NCBI GenBank assembly: GCA_036172245.1
Contig: JAYWIR010000004.1
Coordinates: 620,001-684,000 of the forward strand
Origin: Raillietiella orientalis
Lineage: Eukaryota
DNA length: 64,000 nucleotides
Direction of reading: 5' to 3'
Shown here: positions 26,030-38,379 of the stretch, piece by piece
How the letters are laid out: every line of letters begins with the position of its first letter
How positions within the stretch are numbered: position 1 is the stretch's first letter
The notes under the pieces: generated by a model
Told to the model about the DNA's origin: nothing
Database searches by the model: none
Seen by the model: only the letters and a program-made list of their open reading frames with translations
Position numbers and translations under genes: made by a program

Positions 26030-27210
26030 CGAAAGCACGTGACCAGCCACATGGAAGTCAACTGCACCCCACCCCTCGTCTAAAACGCAGGCGGAGGTCG
26101 TCCCCTTCATCCTCCGATATTGCACGTGCACAAGATGACGACCCCCACGACAGGGCCCACGGAAACTGTGGGAGGCTAGGAGAAAGCGGTCGTATTTTAA
26201 TGGCACCAGGGGACAGCAATTGGCAGACTAATTTCGCAGTCCGTGACCCCTTGGGGAGACGAGGAAAGAGGGCGGACAGCCATGTGTGACACAGGGCAGT
26301 GTATTTATCGCAAAGTGTCGTTTCTCCTCCTCCTCCTCCATCAGGAGTCGGGAGTGGCGCGTGCTCGTTCGGAATTAGGCGACGGCAGAAGCAGAACCCA
26401 AGTGGAATGCTCCTAGAAAATTCTGTCCTCGCATCTCGAAAGCTCCGTAGGAACTTCATAAGTGAGCGAGGATGCCTGCAAATTCTTGTGAAAGCTTTGG
26501 TCCATCTCGGAGCACCTCGCTAGCTTTCCTTTCTCCAGAGACGCACCGATCTGCCCGCAAGAGCGGGAGATTTCCGCTCTTGCTTCACTCTTCCTTCAGG
26601 ACAGAGGGAGGTGGACTGCCACGGTAAAGGAGAGAAGGCAAGGAAGGAGATGCTGCTTTCGCTTTCGTGATGACCAGGAAATGTGCCGCTGCGCGTCTAT
26701 TTCAGGTCTGCCCGGAGATCTCCGATCCGGAAAGAGAGGCGAGCGAGGCCAACACCAGAGTCTAAAGAAATCGAGCAGCCGACTTGAGGTCCGCAAAGCG
26801 CCCCTGAGTGTCTGCATTTAAAGAGTCCTGCCTGCCTGGCATAGGATAATTTTGTCCTTCAGCTCAAAAAATTCTCTTGTGATGACGGTCTGATCATCAC
26901 ACCGGTCTGATGTCCCTCGCAGAAGAAAGTCTGGAGCCTTCCTCTGCTCCCCTTCAGAGAAACCGTTTGCCAATCTTCGGTCCCATGCTTCCTGCTGCAC
27001 CGCCCGTTACGGAAGCAGCTGGTCTGCAACAGGAAAACAACGACAACGAGAGCTAACTCACCGGGTGACCTTGAGGTTTGGCTCCCTTTCGGACGAAACC
27101 TTGTCAAGCAGGTGGGCCGTCTTCGATAAGACAAGGATTGCACCCCCTTTCCTCAGCTTGGACGAACTGCACTTCGATGCCAGATCTTGGACTGTTAAGC
27201 GAAAATCTTT
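26030..27210 (+). mobile_element. LINE (L1/Tx1-like) AP-endonuclease relic
   Basis: ILMAPGDSNW (cf. GDFN), NPSGMLL (cf. NxNGxxL), SSRLEV (cf. SRLD), SDHH at 26889-26900 (SDH motif) and VWSLPLL (cf. WKLNxSLL), in the expected order. Confidence 0.4.
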
Positions 27211-29599
27211 AGGAGATGAGGTACTGCCAATGTATTTTATGTTGTTTTGTTTTGCCATCTAATTAACCATGGATGCACAAGGATTCCCTTTTGTTTCTGA
27301 GAACGATTTGGAAGACTGCTTTTGTCTTTCGTTGGGAGAGATTTTGTTTCTCAGTTCTTCCACAAAGTTACCGAATCCTCCTCTTTCATACCAAAGCCGT
27401 CCCGGTGGCTGCAGGACGCTTTTAACAAAGAGTTTCTGTCTTGCATTGCCTCCTTTTGTTTTTGTCTTTATTTTGTTTTATTTCGCATCTCTCACACACC
27501 ACCTCCGGTGAGATGACTCACCCCTTAGCTATGCACCAAAATGCAGCGGCATTAGCCTATGCTCGCGCAAGACCTCGAGGTGAAAACAGTGAGACTCGGT
27601 TCAGTCTCAGAACAGCAGCCTGCAGCCTTCAGTCACAGAGATCTCGGCTACCTTCTGGTAGTGCTGTTGAGCACCGTCATTTTTATGGAACACTGAGACA
27701 TTCTTTTGCTCCTCTCCACCTACTTTATGTTCTTTGCCTGCTAAAATGCAGAAGGATGCAGAAGGTTCTCCAAGAGGAGCATCCAAGAAATGCGGGTCCT
27801 CGGAATCATTCCAAGATCAGAATAAACTGAAACCATTCCATGCAGAGTCAAAAGTCCCAGTCTACGGGAAACCGCTCTAATAAGGGTGGAATGCCTGCAT
27901 CCTTCACCTTCCCTCGGATTTGCAGAAATCCTAAGAAGCTCCGCAACCTTTACTTGAGTTTATGGCGGCCTCAGCCTGTCATTTCCTCTGGACCATCTTC
28001 TCAAGTCCCCGTCGCTTCTGCCTTTTTCGTAATCCCAAGTATCCTGCATTCGCGCAGCTGATAGACCAATCGGTCCCGGTGTCCCGCCGAACGAGCTCTT
28101 CGTCTCGGAGCAGGAAGGGGCGCCCCGAAGCCAATCCGCGGCATCTTCCGGGGAAAACCTGCGGCTCCTTCAGAAGGGCGCCGACTAGACCCAATGTGAA
28201 GCCAACAGCAGCACGTCAGGCGGCGGAAGACCTGACCGCGGATAGGGGGACATCCGAAGCCGAAAAGGAGCCGAAGAAGAAAACCAGCAAGCAAGTAAAG
28301 GAGTCGACGCAGGGAGACCACCGCCTGAGAGAAAGAGCACGGACTCTGAGAAAAGGCGCCGGATTCCTGGCCGATCGTGCGAACTGGTTGCCGAAATACG
28401 GAACAGGGTCGCCGAATGCTGCGCAGGCTGGGAGACGGCCATCAGCCCTGCGAGTACACGGTCAGTGGAGAGCAGCTGCCCGGGCAGTCGAGAAAGAGAG
28501 GGCATGCAGCTGGCGGCGGTACCGAGCCGCCGACCCTCCCACGATGAAACGGGAACCAAGCAAAGAATCAATCGCGCGCTTCGCGTCTCAGGATCTCTTC
28601 CCGGTCTCCGCAAGCAGCTCTTTTGGCCTTTATCCGCGTCTTCCTGCATTCCTCAGGCTTGGGATCTCCCACTTGCCAGCTGCTGATGCTGCTGGGGACT
28701 CGGCCCTCTGCTCAAAGTCCCAGCCGGAATCCTCCCTGCTTTCTCCTGCGGCTTTCTGCTCGCTCGCCAGTCCCCACCCCACCCTTGCGCTTCCTTCCTT
28801 CGCCTGGCGCGTATCCCGAGGGCGCTTCGCACGTGTATCAGGTCGATACAGCCGCTTTCTCGACTGGCGACGGGCGTCCTCCTCGCTCGTCGCAGGCGCC
28901 ACGGCGACGGTCACTTGATGATGGTTCGAACGCGCCGCAAAGACGGATTCCTCCTTGTGCCCTGCGAGAAGGTGGCAGAATAACGGGTTCTCATCCTGTA
29001 AACTGCATTATTGCAGTCCTTGGGGCCGAAACGACCTCAGTCTATTCTCTAGATTGAAGTGGGCGAGAATTCCTGTTTGCTCGGATGCCTGGACGGTGAA
29101 GCTTGGACTGTGGGATCCATGATCGCCACCAGTGGACTCATTTTGGTAAGCAGAACTGGCGTTGTGGGATGAACCAAATATTGGGCTATGGAGACCGAGT
29201 GCGACGCTCATCAATTCCCATGGAAGGTGCTCAACTGACCGAAAGAGTGACCACGACCGTGGACAGCTCTTTCGGAGGCAAGGTCGAAAGCCAGTCCTCT
29301 ACGTCTAGAAGGAGGCTCCAGAAGCGCCGATGAAGTTTCTTCGTGGCGTACGGCCAGACTCGTGAGCTCCGCGGACTGGCAGCAGCCCTCCAACTGCGCC
29401 TCTCTGCTCGCGAAGAGAGAGACCGAGCGATTGAGCACTCGTGAAGAAGGCGTTCAGCTGGAGGGCGAATAGATCGTGTCCTGGAATCGGGTCTGTGAAA
29501 TTCGCCTGCCGAAGAGCGACAGTTCCTATTCGCTTTCCTTATTTTGCCGTGTTTCTTTCATCCCAGTTGAAGAATATTCATGATGTACCAGATCCTACT

Positions 29600-30780
29600 T
29601 CAGCTTGATGTCAGTTCCCAGGGCGAGCCTACTGAAGGATACCAGGTTCCAGTGTTTCAGAGTATCCCTCTTGATCCGGTCAGGATTCCATCTACCAGCT
29701 CGCAACGCCCTTTTCTGGACATGGTCTGCCGACGCAGCATCGGTGATCATCGACCCTCCTCACGGTCGCAGGGTCGAGGTTCAGTCGCGCATTTCACTGA
29801 TCAGCCTATGACTCGCGAAGGCGGGGCGCGAATGGGAAGGTATCCTGGCACGCATTGCAGCCCAGAGCAGGACACGATCTTCCGTAGATCTACGTGCTTT
29901 CCGTGCTACCTTCTTAGGAGTTACTCGTAGGCTGGAAGCCCTCTTATTTGTAGCAGCCATAGGCCTTGGCGCAGGAGATTAAGAGTGCTGGAGGTCACTG
30001 TGGAAGGCTGTCTTCACTCCAGCCACACACTCAGGTCTGTTGCTGGGCGAGTTCCAGTTACATCTGTCTTGGAAAGCAGCAACATCCCCTCAAGCTGTTT
30101 TCTTTTCTGCTGCCCACCTCTGGTTGAAGTTCCCCGTTCTCAGTCAACCTTTCCGGACGCCTGTTCCAGTCCCTCTTCAAAGTTCCCTGCCTGAAGAAAA
30201 TTGCAGCTGCAGCGTCTCTCCGCGTGGACCCAAAAAGGAGATGGGGATTTTTTGCGTGTGCTTTTTTTAAGGAACTGCTTTTTTCTGCATTCTGGAATTT
30301 CCCGAGGTGGTTTCTAGGATGCAGGTGCATCCATTGCACTCCAGAGCTTGAGTCAGGAACTTCCGAGAATCGCAATCTCACGCGTAGCTTAGCCTCCCTG
30401 CACCGGTCTTCCCCATCGCGCGTCTCCAGCTAACACGGTATGCCGCCAGGTCCAGGAACGTTCTCCGGACTCATTGCCGCCGCCAGCACTAAGAGGTGGG
30501 GTAGAAAGCTTCTTGAACCTCTCCTTCGTGATCTCCTATCTTCACGGCATCCTCGTCTCCACCCGCGAAGGATTTCCCCATGCCTCCCCGAATAGGTTGG
30601 TTCCGCCCTCCTCCGTCGTATCATTCAATTATGCAAATGGGTTCATCCCAGGCCTCCTAGAAAAGACGGGACACCCGGCAGATTCCTGTCACGTACCACG
30701 ACCATCCCACGGTTTGATCTACGGGTCTCGCTTCTCTTTGGAAGGGAAACCTTCCTCTCCATGGAAACGCTTGCCTTGAT
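29600..30780 (+). mobile_element. Degenerate DIRS RT relic
   Basis: EGYQVPVFQSIPL.PV.IPS (cf. EGYxIPF..PPL), GWKP, PDAC/PVPL (cf. DAYFQVPI), ISYLHGILV (cf. YLDDILI), GFIPGLLEKT (cf. GFxINxEKS). Confidence 0.6.
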
Positions 30781-32199
30781 GACTCGTGTTCTTCCTTCAT
30801 TGTTCCCGTACGGACCCAGGAAAACGTGATTCGCATCCATTCGAAGGAGCGAGGCTCTTTTGTTTTTTGCTTCTTTTTTTTGTTTTAGTTTTTTTTTAAG
30901 AGTCAGCTCTTAGGCGCTTCACGTATTCTTCTCCCAGAGTTCACGCTCGGCGTTGCCCTCCTCCTTCCCATTCTCTCACCCGACTCCTGCTTCCCTTGCG
31001 TGCTCGAGAGGGTAAGGCACGTACTTCCCCCTCTTTCACTGGGAACTTCCCGAAACACCCAGCTACGTGTAAAGCTACGCTCTTAGTCTTCCCTTGCGCC
31101 GCTCTCACGCAATCGGCATCTCCTCCTCCTCTGATACAAACCGAAACTCCTTTCCCGCGTCGAGAAGGGAAAAATCACCAGCCTACTCCCCTGCGGGGAA
31201 CATCCAGAACATCTTTCAACCAGCATGCTCCCGGGTCCGCACGATCCTTCCTTCCCTGGTGCAGCTCAGAACAGTTGTGTAGCCCCAGCCTCGGATGGAG
31301 ATGCAGCCGCTAAAGTCGTGCTCGAGTGAATCAGAGCACCTTCTTCATCCAGAAGGAACTCACAGACACGCTGTGACTCGGGGGGGTCACTACCGCTCCC
31401 TGCAAACGCTTGTGCCAAAGTGCGTCATCACGCCTGCTCCGGCACGATGCAGCAGCAGCAGACGGCCTTCCTTAATCGGAATTCCTGCATCCACAAGCGC
31501 TCATCGTCTGTAACAACGAAGGAGCAAACGAACTCTGCGCTCCTGCGAGAGAGCGGCAACAAGCGTTCCCGTGACGATCACACCGCGAGCAAACGGCTGG
31601 CGGGAGCCTGCTGCGCCGTACCTGCTCTCAGCTCTTCGAAGACGCACAGTGTGGTCCATAAAGAGCTCCAGGAGAAGAAAAAAAAAAATGCTTTGCTTTG
31701 CTTTTTTCTTTAACGAAAGTTTTTATTTTATTTTCTATTTCTTTTGTATACCAGTCTCTGGACCATTTTCTCTTTTGAGGCATTCACTAAATGCTATCGA
31801 TTAACATGCATGGACATTAAAAGGCGCACCTTTTCTAGAATCTTCTTGATTCGGCGGGATTCACTGGACCTTCTTACCAATAATATTCTGGACAAGTACA
31901 TCAACTTGGCAAAAAACGATTTTTTTGTTTTCAGCATTTAAAAGCCTCCCATGAAGTTAGATTCAGCAGGAGCGACCATTGCTGTTGTGTATCTATCCCT
32001 TGATGTTTCCACTTCTGCCAGAGCCAACTCGGCTGAATGAGCTTTCATGGAGATGATCTTCAGCCGTGGGGACTCTTCGACATGAGACTCACGGGTGCAT
32101 TTTCATCCTTTCTCGCCCTTCGCCTCCCTCCATGGAAAAATAGTGATTCGTGCACCTCCAAGATTCGCTTCTACGACGCATTTGCTGCTTTCTCCATCG

Positions 32200-32612
32200 A
32201 GTAGCGGCTGAAAGAAGAGGGGGCTAATCCCGAGAACTACGGACCACGGCGCCGCCAGGTAGCAACACTGCCCGCAGCTTGACCTGAGCGACTGTTCAAG
32301 CTCCAATGAGAGCAGAAGCCCTCCCGAAGGACCGTTCAGTTTGAATTCTCCCGCTTCCTCCTCCCCTTTCCTGTGCACACCACAAAAGCGTGTTCTTTCG
32401 AGGAGGAGAGAATGGATCACGGGATCCCTAAATAAATCAAGGAGCATCTTTGTTCCTTTCTTAGTGCGCTTTGTCGCACTCTTCGTGCTTTGCGTATTTA
32501 AGATCCAGTCATGAATAATTCCGGGTGACAACCGCCGGTGTCGGATCACTAGAGCGAAGGAACTTTTACCAATTAGATCGAGGCATGTGACGGCGTTATT
32601 ACGATCCTTCAT
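32200..32612 (-). mobile_element. Gypsy-type gag relic
   Basis: ORF 32103-32612: LFRDP..LLERTRF..GEEEAGEF..LRSSCGQCCY resembles the Gypsy gag pattern LxxxFxP..ERxxF..QxxxE..LRxLAxxCxF. No LTR or pol seen. Confidence 0.35.
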
Positions 32613-35600
32613 GCTTCAACGGATTTAATTGGAAACGCCCCATAACATTAGATTTGTTAAGGAACCATTTTGTTCATGGAAAGCCATTTTAATTCCACGG
32701 GCACTTTTGTTCACCAACAATAAAGTACAATCTAATTGACTGGATTCAAGGCTGGTCGACGTCCGGACTTGCTATTGAAGAACTGTCTTCCAAGGCAGCG
32801 GTGGGCAACCCTTTCGTTCCTGCGGACCACTGGTTGACACACTTCTTAAGTGACAACAATAGGGTCAGCAAGCTCCATCATTGCCAAATGAGAATGACTG
32901 CTCAGGGGTCCAGCAAGCTGACACCCAGCTTCTTCAGCTTTCCTGGACTCCTTACCAGTCATTCTCATTGGTAAATAATAATGCAAACCTTCACGCTTAT
33001 GCGAGCATAGTTGCTTTTAGAACCTCTCCTCTAGAAGGTCCTCCGACGGTGGTTTCTCTCAAAACGGGCGCTTTTCCTGCTCCAATAGGGACTTTCTTTC
33101 TATGCGAAATTCAGAAGCGATACCAGGCAAACAGTTGAAATTGTAGCACGTTATCAGAGCATGATGTTTTGAATCTGCCACATGGGAATCAATGAATGAT
33201 CCTCAGATGAACAGATAATCTTACAAAAAGGCACACATTCAATTGTCTACAAACGTATCTGTACATATGCACTTATTTGTGGATGTTTGCATGGTATGTA
33301 TACGTTTACATGCATTCATAATCTTTTGATTAGAATTTTCCTTCTTATTATGCGAAGGATGGAATAATGAGAGATGCCATCGTCAGTAGTGAATGATTGC
33401 ACCTTTCAGAAAATTACTAATGCAATTGCAAACATGCAATGTACTGAAAATTCAGTTCACGAACACAAAAATCTTGGCATCCTCTACAAAAAATGATCGC
33501 ATCTCGTGAACTTTTTCGTTGATGTTGTCCTTCGCCTTGGTTAGACATGCTTTAATGATGCAGTGACTTTCATCCTCATGACTCACCACGGAAGTGGCAA
33601 CCGAAAATTGCCGAAATCAACCATGGACTGTCCATATCCATCCAAAGCACACACACAGCAAATGGGAATTAATAAAGTCGAGAAGAGAAAATGGAAAACA
33701 AAAATGTGCCAGGAGTCTGAGTGGGGACTACCGTTTTCTGGAAGCTAAGTATCAGTAGGAGCACAGCGGCCAGTATGTTCGTCTATCCAAATTCTCCCCT
33801 CATTTGCTGTTTTTCCTTATAAATATACAGAAGAATATTCGGAACTCTGTTTTGGTACTTTCGGATGTCACGTTAGGAAGGAGTGTTCCTAGAGAACTTA
33901 TATAAAACTGTAAAAACTGTGGTTATAACAAGAAGGATGAAGAAACCTAGTGGGAAGATGCAGGAATAAATAGTTTCATTGAGCGATTTTCAGTTTGCAC
34001 GAATGCAGACTTGCTCCGCAATTCTCGAGCACCTTCTTTTGAAACATCTGATGACGTTTGCGTGAAGGAGTGAAGAAATAGATATGCAAGAGCGAAAAGC
34101 CACCCTCTAGATGGCAAGCCAATGTCCGGATCACCCTGCATGAGTGACAGCAGTGGAAAGTGGAGGCAGCAACATTTCTAATTTTTTTTTCTTCCATCCT
34201 TATCTAGGGATGGCTCGAACAGAGCTCGAAAATCCATCAGAGATCCAGAAGAAACAGCAACAGACCACTTCAATCAACGCTTAATGCATTGCCTCGACTC
34301 AGCACCAATCCTTCTTTGCTCACGATTTGCAGCACTAAGTCCGCTTTGAGATGCAGATCGAACCTAAATACTCGAACGGGATTGAACTTTCGATCTCCAT
34401 TGTAACAGGAATAACAGGAGCTCCTTGCTGCAGCGAGTCTGTCCCTCAACCACCAGTGAGGACAATAAGTCCTCGTCATCAGAGGAACCTGTAGGTTCTT
34501 CCGAAGCTCTATTTTTTATCTTATCGCCTGCCTCCCTACTGAAAACTGATAAGCTGAGACCAGATCACCCTATTATCCAAGAAAGTCTTCATCCCAAAGC
34601 AGCTAAAAAACTGAGGGGATATTGGACGCGGCAAAGTGGAAAGCAACAAAGACTCAAATCGTCAGCAATGATGATTACCTTGGAACCGAGAGCAGTCTTC
34701 GAGCACTGATGCACTTCGACACAATAAGATGAATCCCAACAGACGAAAGCATCAACGAAAGAAAAAGATAACTCGCTGCTGTGGCTGCCCAAATGATATT
34801 CGGATCTAACAAACTTCCATTAATCTTGGTTTTTGACCGAGCTGGAGAAAGATGTCATTCCTCAAGAAAGGGATTCGAAACGGAAAAAGACTTCAAACAA
34901 CTAGAACTAAGATAGGATGACAAGTTTCTTGTCGTGTCGGCTCTGTCGATATGGATCTCATGCGCATCGGGATTCTGCGTTGCCATGTGAACGGAAGAAA
35001 CCGACGATTTGCTCTTGCATCTCCCGGTATTCAAACAGTCTGGCATCCCTCTTCCTTCCATGAGACACAGACATCCATGCATGCCTGTAAAAGCTAGTAA
35101 GCGGACACAAAACTGTACGACCTCTATGCATTTAATTCACGTTCGTGTTCATCTGAGTTCATATTATCTTTCATTTTCAGTGTGTATTTTCCGCTCAGGT
35201 CTCTAGAGAATGCTTTCATTGACTTCATTGCCTACTAACAGGAGCACTTATATGGGAACGATGGCCCACGATGGATCCGATTCGTCCTTCCCATTGACTC
35301 AACCCTTCTGCACTCGAAAATGGAAAAGCGATCAATTCGCTTTCTCTTTATTGCGCTGATTGATTTTTAATACGTGAAAAAAATCCTATTCTTCTGATTC
35401 ACCAGCAGCAAAAGATTTCAAAAAGTGGCTCTCGTTTGGCTTTTAATGTCGACAGCTGTTCGAGCTCTTCCTGCTCATATGCATTAGAAAACAGATGGAT
35501 TGGTGTAAAAATCGAAGCTCTAGCACTACAGTGAGACTGAGGACACGCGAACAACCCGCATGCCATAAGTCACAGCAGCCGGTGAGTCTTCCTGCTCCTC

Positions 35601-37474
35601 CATTCGCCAAAATCAACTGATCACTAATCGATTTTTTTCGGGATTCCTCGATTTTATTTCTTGCAAAACGAAGCAATCACCCAACACCGATCATCTTCTT
35701 CTTATCCGTAAGATGATCTCTTTATCTTGAGTGTTTCCATTCTCATTGCTATGAAATCCTTGAACTAATTTCACCTTATCGCTTTATCCACAGCACACAA
35801 ACATAACCTTGACTGCCACTCATGCTAATGATGACAGAATCTTTTTAATCTGATTTCTTTATTAATGTCAGAGCAGTTTTCCTTTCTTTTTCTCTTTGGA
35901 ACACAGCATTACTTTATACACTGCCAAGAGTTACTTTAAACTGCATACGAATACGAGACGGAATCACTATTATTAATCTTCGTTCTTGAAAGGTTTCCTA
36001 TGATATAGGCGGTATGTTCACATGTAAAATTTGCTGGATGCAGGTATTCGAAGAAAAAATTTCTTTTCTAAAAATATTAGCCGAAGAAATTAATGATTTG
36101 ATGCGTTAGTCACACCTTGATAAACGTTGTTCATGAGCCAGCTGGCATGAGCTTTTTACGAAAAGGGATCCTTATCGCAACTATATCCTATTTTTTTTGG
36201 AGAAACAGTTCATAGAGTATTTGCACTATAGGTGCGCTATGTAAAGTACAAATTAGAATTCAAATTAGAATCAGGAGGTGATCCAGTGAGTACGACTGGG
36301 ACCTTAAAGCATCACATTAGTCTAGTACACGTGCATGTCATTGTACCACATATGAATTAAATAATAAATGTGTAATGTGAAAGTAAATATAACATGCATG
36401 CACAAACTCTGATACCTTAATTTTCAGTTTCACTGATTTCGATTTTCAAATGGCTTGGAACTGCATGGTCCCAAAGCAAAACGATCATTACCAACGAGAT
36501 GCAATCGCTTGACTGGTTTCTGCAAAAAATCATTGCTTTCTTTCGAGTAACATGTGATTTTTTGCATTTGAAGATATCTTAGAAAATCACACTTTCCATT
36601 CCTGCCGCTTGATTGCATGATGCTATTGTCACTAGGTGAACATTGCTTTCTTTGCTGTGCTTGCGATTTCGATCCCCCTTCCTCCCTTGGAATTCTGCAC
36701 CATCAGTGTACCACAGTCTCTACTTTTCTAAGGGAAAAGACGGAAGAATTAAGAGTGCAATAATGATGCTAGTTACTGAGCATTCTTCAGTTGGTGAAAA
36801 ATTTCTGGACCATCCTCAAAAATGTAAAAAGTCTGCTTCCGCGAGGTCAAGCATCTCACTGGAAACTTTGTTCTGCAGATCTTCCACGAAAATGGAAGAT
36901 TTGTCGCGTGCGGTGTACTTTTCATTCGGCTTTACCCGTCACATGGGGATGTTTTCTCACATTTCTTACACAAGTGCTACTTAAGCCAGAGGAAGCCCAG
37001 TGCATCAAAATTCACATTGCGTCACTTGTTTATCAGAGTGGGGAGCCGGATCGCTTGGCATTCCCTGCCTCTTATAAAATGGATGCTCTCTCGCCTTTGC
37101 GTGCAGTCCTCACCAATGTTGGCTGCAACGGAGGGATGGTGACGCTGCGCTAGCAAAAAAAAAAAAAAAAAATCCTGGAGATCTTTCGTGTTCCTAATGC
37201 AGTTGTGAAAGAACTTATGTATTTGCAAAATCTGGGAAAACCATACAGTTGCAACTTTGTAAGGTGCACAGCTGCAGCTCTGGTTGGTTTATAAATGATC
37301 AACATCACGAAGTGCTTGCAATTAATCCTGTATTTACTTGTTCATCTTTCAGATCATTTACGAATTATTTGAGTTAGAAAATTTAAAGTGTAAGTGTGGT
37401 GCCAGAAAACAAAGAAAAATCAATATTTCTTCCGGATCAAATAGTTGAAAAATATAGGAAGAGTTTATTGTACA

Positions 37475-37978
37475 ATGGGAGAAGTAGCCAAGGTTTGTTC
37501 AGTTTTCTTCCCTGTAAATAAATTTACGTTTGTTCACTTTGAGTAAAACAGAATACGTAAATGTAGCGGTTTAAAAACGAAAGCCGGCCTATCTGGTTGG
37601 AATGTTTACAAATTCCTGCTTCAGACTTGTTTGCTTCACACCTAGAATTGTAATATACATTGCCAATCGTTTGTTCAATTTTAAAAATTTTACCTTTAAA
37701 TTGCTCACATTCTTGGCTACATTCATACTGAAGTCTATATTACACGTTTTGATTTATACTAGGTGCACGTGTTTGAAGTTGAGATGGAATGTGATGGTTG
37801 TAGCAATGCTGTTCAGACAGTTTTAGGAAGATTGCAGTCTGAAGGTGTTTCGGAAATAAATGTGGATTTACCCTCGAAACGTGTATATGTTAAAAGTACC
37901 TTGTCACCTGACCGACTGCTTGAACAAATTAAAAAAACTGGAAAACAAGTTAGCTATATTGGTGAAAATACAGGGTGA
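37475..37978 (+). CDS. ATOX1: Copper transport chaperone ATOX1/Atx1 (HMA domain), 77 aa
   Basis: Exon 1 37475-37492 (MGEVAK), GT..AG intron 37493-37762, exon 2 37763-37978 (VHVFEVEMECDGCSNAVQTVL..IKKTGKQVSYIGENTG*). Has the MxCxxC copper site and the C-terminal KKTGK motif typical of Atx1/ATOX1; ATTAAA at 38025. Confidence 0.95.
37510..37643 (+). ncRNA. Candidate intronic box H/ACA snoRNA
   Basis: Hairpin 1 (ATTTACGT 37522-29 / ACGTAAAT 37555-62), H box AAACGA 37575-80, hairpin 2 (AAGC/GCTT lower stem, GGAAT/ATTCC upper stem), ACA at 37638-40 plus 3 nt. About 134 nt, inside the ATOX1 intron. Confidence 0.45.
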
Positions 37979-38379
37979 TATCGTTGCTCGAGAATTATGG
38001 AGTATTTAAACTGCTCGATACACCATTAAATTGTATAATTTTTTGACTACAACCAGTTCCGAAAAATTTGTAAAATGTTTATGATTAGCTTTACTATAGT
38101 TATAAAACAATGCTGTCATAAAATCTTGTCCCTAAATTTTCCATTTACCCATGTGTGACTATTGAAGAAGAATTATATCTTTTATTTGTAATCTTGAAAG
38201 AATGAAAAATATAATGCATTTTCATATTGTATTTTAAATCCTTTTACTTGCTTTTTTACTTAATCCTTGTTTTGCAAGTGTCATAACCTAAATTTGCTAA
38301 TCCTTGTTCTAGGATTAAATTGAACACTAACACAGGTCCAGGTGTGCATTGCTGTTACATTTTCAATAATGTTCACTTT

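Noticed and set aside
74..31500. Dozens of overlapping 100-318 aa ORFs (e.g. 27962-28918, 9265-10044, 2824-3585)
   Set aside because: They are Arg/Pro/Ser/Gly-rich, overlap on both strands and lack coherent domains or splice structure; expected in GC-rich DNA and decayed transposons.
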